Origin: an uncultured Acidobacteriota bacterium
GTDB lineage: Bacteria; Acidobacteriota; Blastocatellia; RBC074
Direction: 5' to 3'
Assembly: GCA_963800895.1 (NCBI GenBank)
Contig: CAWDDA010000008.1
Coordinates: forward strand, 65,581 to 129,580
DNA: 64,000 nt
Positions 62,839 to 64,000 of this stretch are shown here, piece by piece. Each line of letters begins with the position of its first letter. The first letter of the stretch is position 1. A program made the translations under genes and the position numbers. Under the pieces are notes generated by a model. That model was not told the origin of the DNA and ran no database searches. It worked only from the letters and a program-made list of their open reading frames with translations.

Positions 62839-63996
62839 TCATCGGCTTACCAGATTCAATCTCTTGAGTAGCAGCCACGAGACAACTTCACTACGGCAGT
62901 CCTTGTTTCGCTTCCAGATCCAGTCATGGACAAACACAAACGGTGCTGGTGGATCGCGATAAATCGCATTTCGATCGCCAACCAGTGCCAGTGGAATAAC
63001 CAGCGCATCGACATCGCAAGGCGAACGGCCGTCAAAGCGATCATTGATCATCTCGACATCGCCACTCAGATAGTTTTTTGACGTCTCAAGGTTAGTGGCG
63101 CTCAGGTCGATGAGTACGAGTTGCGATTCGGGTACCAGCCTGCGAAGGACAAGCGCGCTTCGAGGGAATAGCCCGCCGCCGACAATTCCTATGCGATGAG
63201 GCGCGGGAATAGACTCAAGAAGCCCGCGAAACGCCTTTTCATGGCTGCTGACGACAAACTTTTGAAGAAGCTTCGAGTGCAAAACGAGCCGTTCGAGCGC
63301 GCATAGGTTCGCACTCCCGTTAATGCGTTCGAGCCTCGCGTGGCTTAGCCAGCGCAGAACCGCAGGCAAACTGTTCGACGAGTTCTCACCCGCCTCCTGT
63401 TGCCGCATTCGCGGAAGCGATGACCAATGCGCGTTTGGCCGTTCGTGATGCTCGGAGTGATATCCGTCATTCAGAAAAAGAAGGTTGTATATGCGTCCGT
63501 AATAGCTCACTGCTCGCCCGCCTTCATGCTCATAGTATCCGTGTATCTGGCAGATCAGCATTCCTGTGACAAAGCCGGGAAGGTAAGCGAAAAGGAGAAA
63601 CTCAGTTGCGTATATCGCAAGCGCGGCCCATAGCGCGACGGTCACCAGCACTTCAATTGCTGTCAATGCGTCGAGCCTGAGCGTCTTCACGCGATTACCC
63701 TTTCCACCATGATGAGCAAGATGCCGTGCTGCCCAGATTGACTGGGGATATCCGAGAAGCGCGGTGAGATAAAGCGAAAAGATCGCGCGTGCGTAGCGGC
63801 CACGAAAGAACGATCGGTGAATGAAGTTGTGCGACACTGTGTTTGAGTTCCACCACAGCCCCAGCGCGATCACGATCATCGATGGCCACGCGAGCAGAAC
63901 CAATCCATGAACGATCGCGAGACCGGGCAGCAAGATCGCGTCCCGGTCCCGCACCGTGTCGTCCGAGTGCCTTAATGTCCAGCTCGCGGCAGTCAT
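62839..63996 (-). CDS. Fatty-acid desaturase-like protein fused to a C-terminal Rossmann-like domain
   Basis: His boxes HNFIH, HLAHH, HGYYEH, HSEHH; C-terminal RIGIVGGGLFPRSA...LVLID. Confidence 0.8.
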   Translation of the reverse strand: MTAASWTLRHSDDTVRDRDAILLPGLAIVHGLVLLAWPSMIVIALGLWWNSNTVSHNFIHRSFFRGRYARAIFSLYLTALLGYPQSIWAARHLAHHGGKGNRVKTLRLDALTAIEVLVTVALWAALAIYATEFLLFAYLPGFVTGMLICQIHGYYEHEGGRAVSYYGRIYNLLFLNDGYHSEHHERPNAHWSSLPRMRQQEAGENSSNSLPAVLRWLSHARLERINGSANLCALERLVLHSKLLQKFVVSSHEKAFRGLLESIPAPHRIGIVGGGLFPRSALVLRRLVPESQLVLIDLSATNLETSKNYLSGDVEMINDRFDGRSPCDVDALVIPLALVGDRNAIYRDPPAPFVFVHDWIWKRNKDCRSEVVSWLLLKRLNLVSR

Positions 63997-64000
63997 TGGC

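Noticed and set aside
1-64000. Prophage, IS element, integron, tRNA or rRNA
   Set aside because: No integrase, transposase, phage structural gene or RNA gene signature recognised by eye; tRNAscan/Infernal not run

Overview
64-kb bacterial chromosomal segment, most consistent with an Acidobacterium (C-terminal TIGR03437-like domain, carboxypeptidase-regulatory-domain TonB receptor, paired MacB-like permeases). It carries housekeeping genes (zwf, galU, serS, queG, gatB, cyclophilin), carbohydrate-catabolic modules (two Gfo/Idh/MocA, two TIM-barrel isomerase/epimerases, epimerase + DHDPS-like aldolase, amidohydrolase, TonB receptor, GH97), a LytS/LytTR pair, many REP-like inverted repeats and heptamer arrays. 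Single-base frameshifts are frequent, including in gatB, which points to long-read consensus errors rather than true pseudogenes. The best candidate for a novel system is a two-gene operon at 32339-37087: a stand-alone SIR2-family (putative NADase) gene followed by an effector-less nSTAND1 NTPase with a coiled coil, a hydrophobic helix and 14 WD40 repeats, i.e. a split NLR/Apaf-1-like module. A yefM-yoeB toxin-antitoxin pair missed by the ORF track lies about 2 kb downstream. Other candidates: an exported pair of prenyltransferase/squalene-cyclase-repeat proteins, a desaturase-Rossmann fusion with an LtaS-like sulfatase, a structured 5' leader before the TonB receptor, and LytTR-type direct repeats. 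No tRNA, rRNA, CRISPR array, transposase or integrase was recognised. All family calls come from motif recognition by eye; no database search was run.
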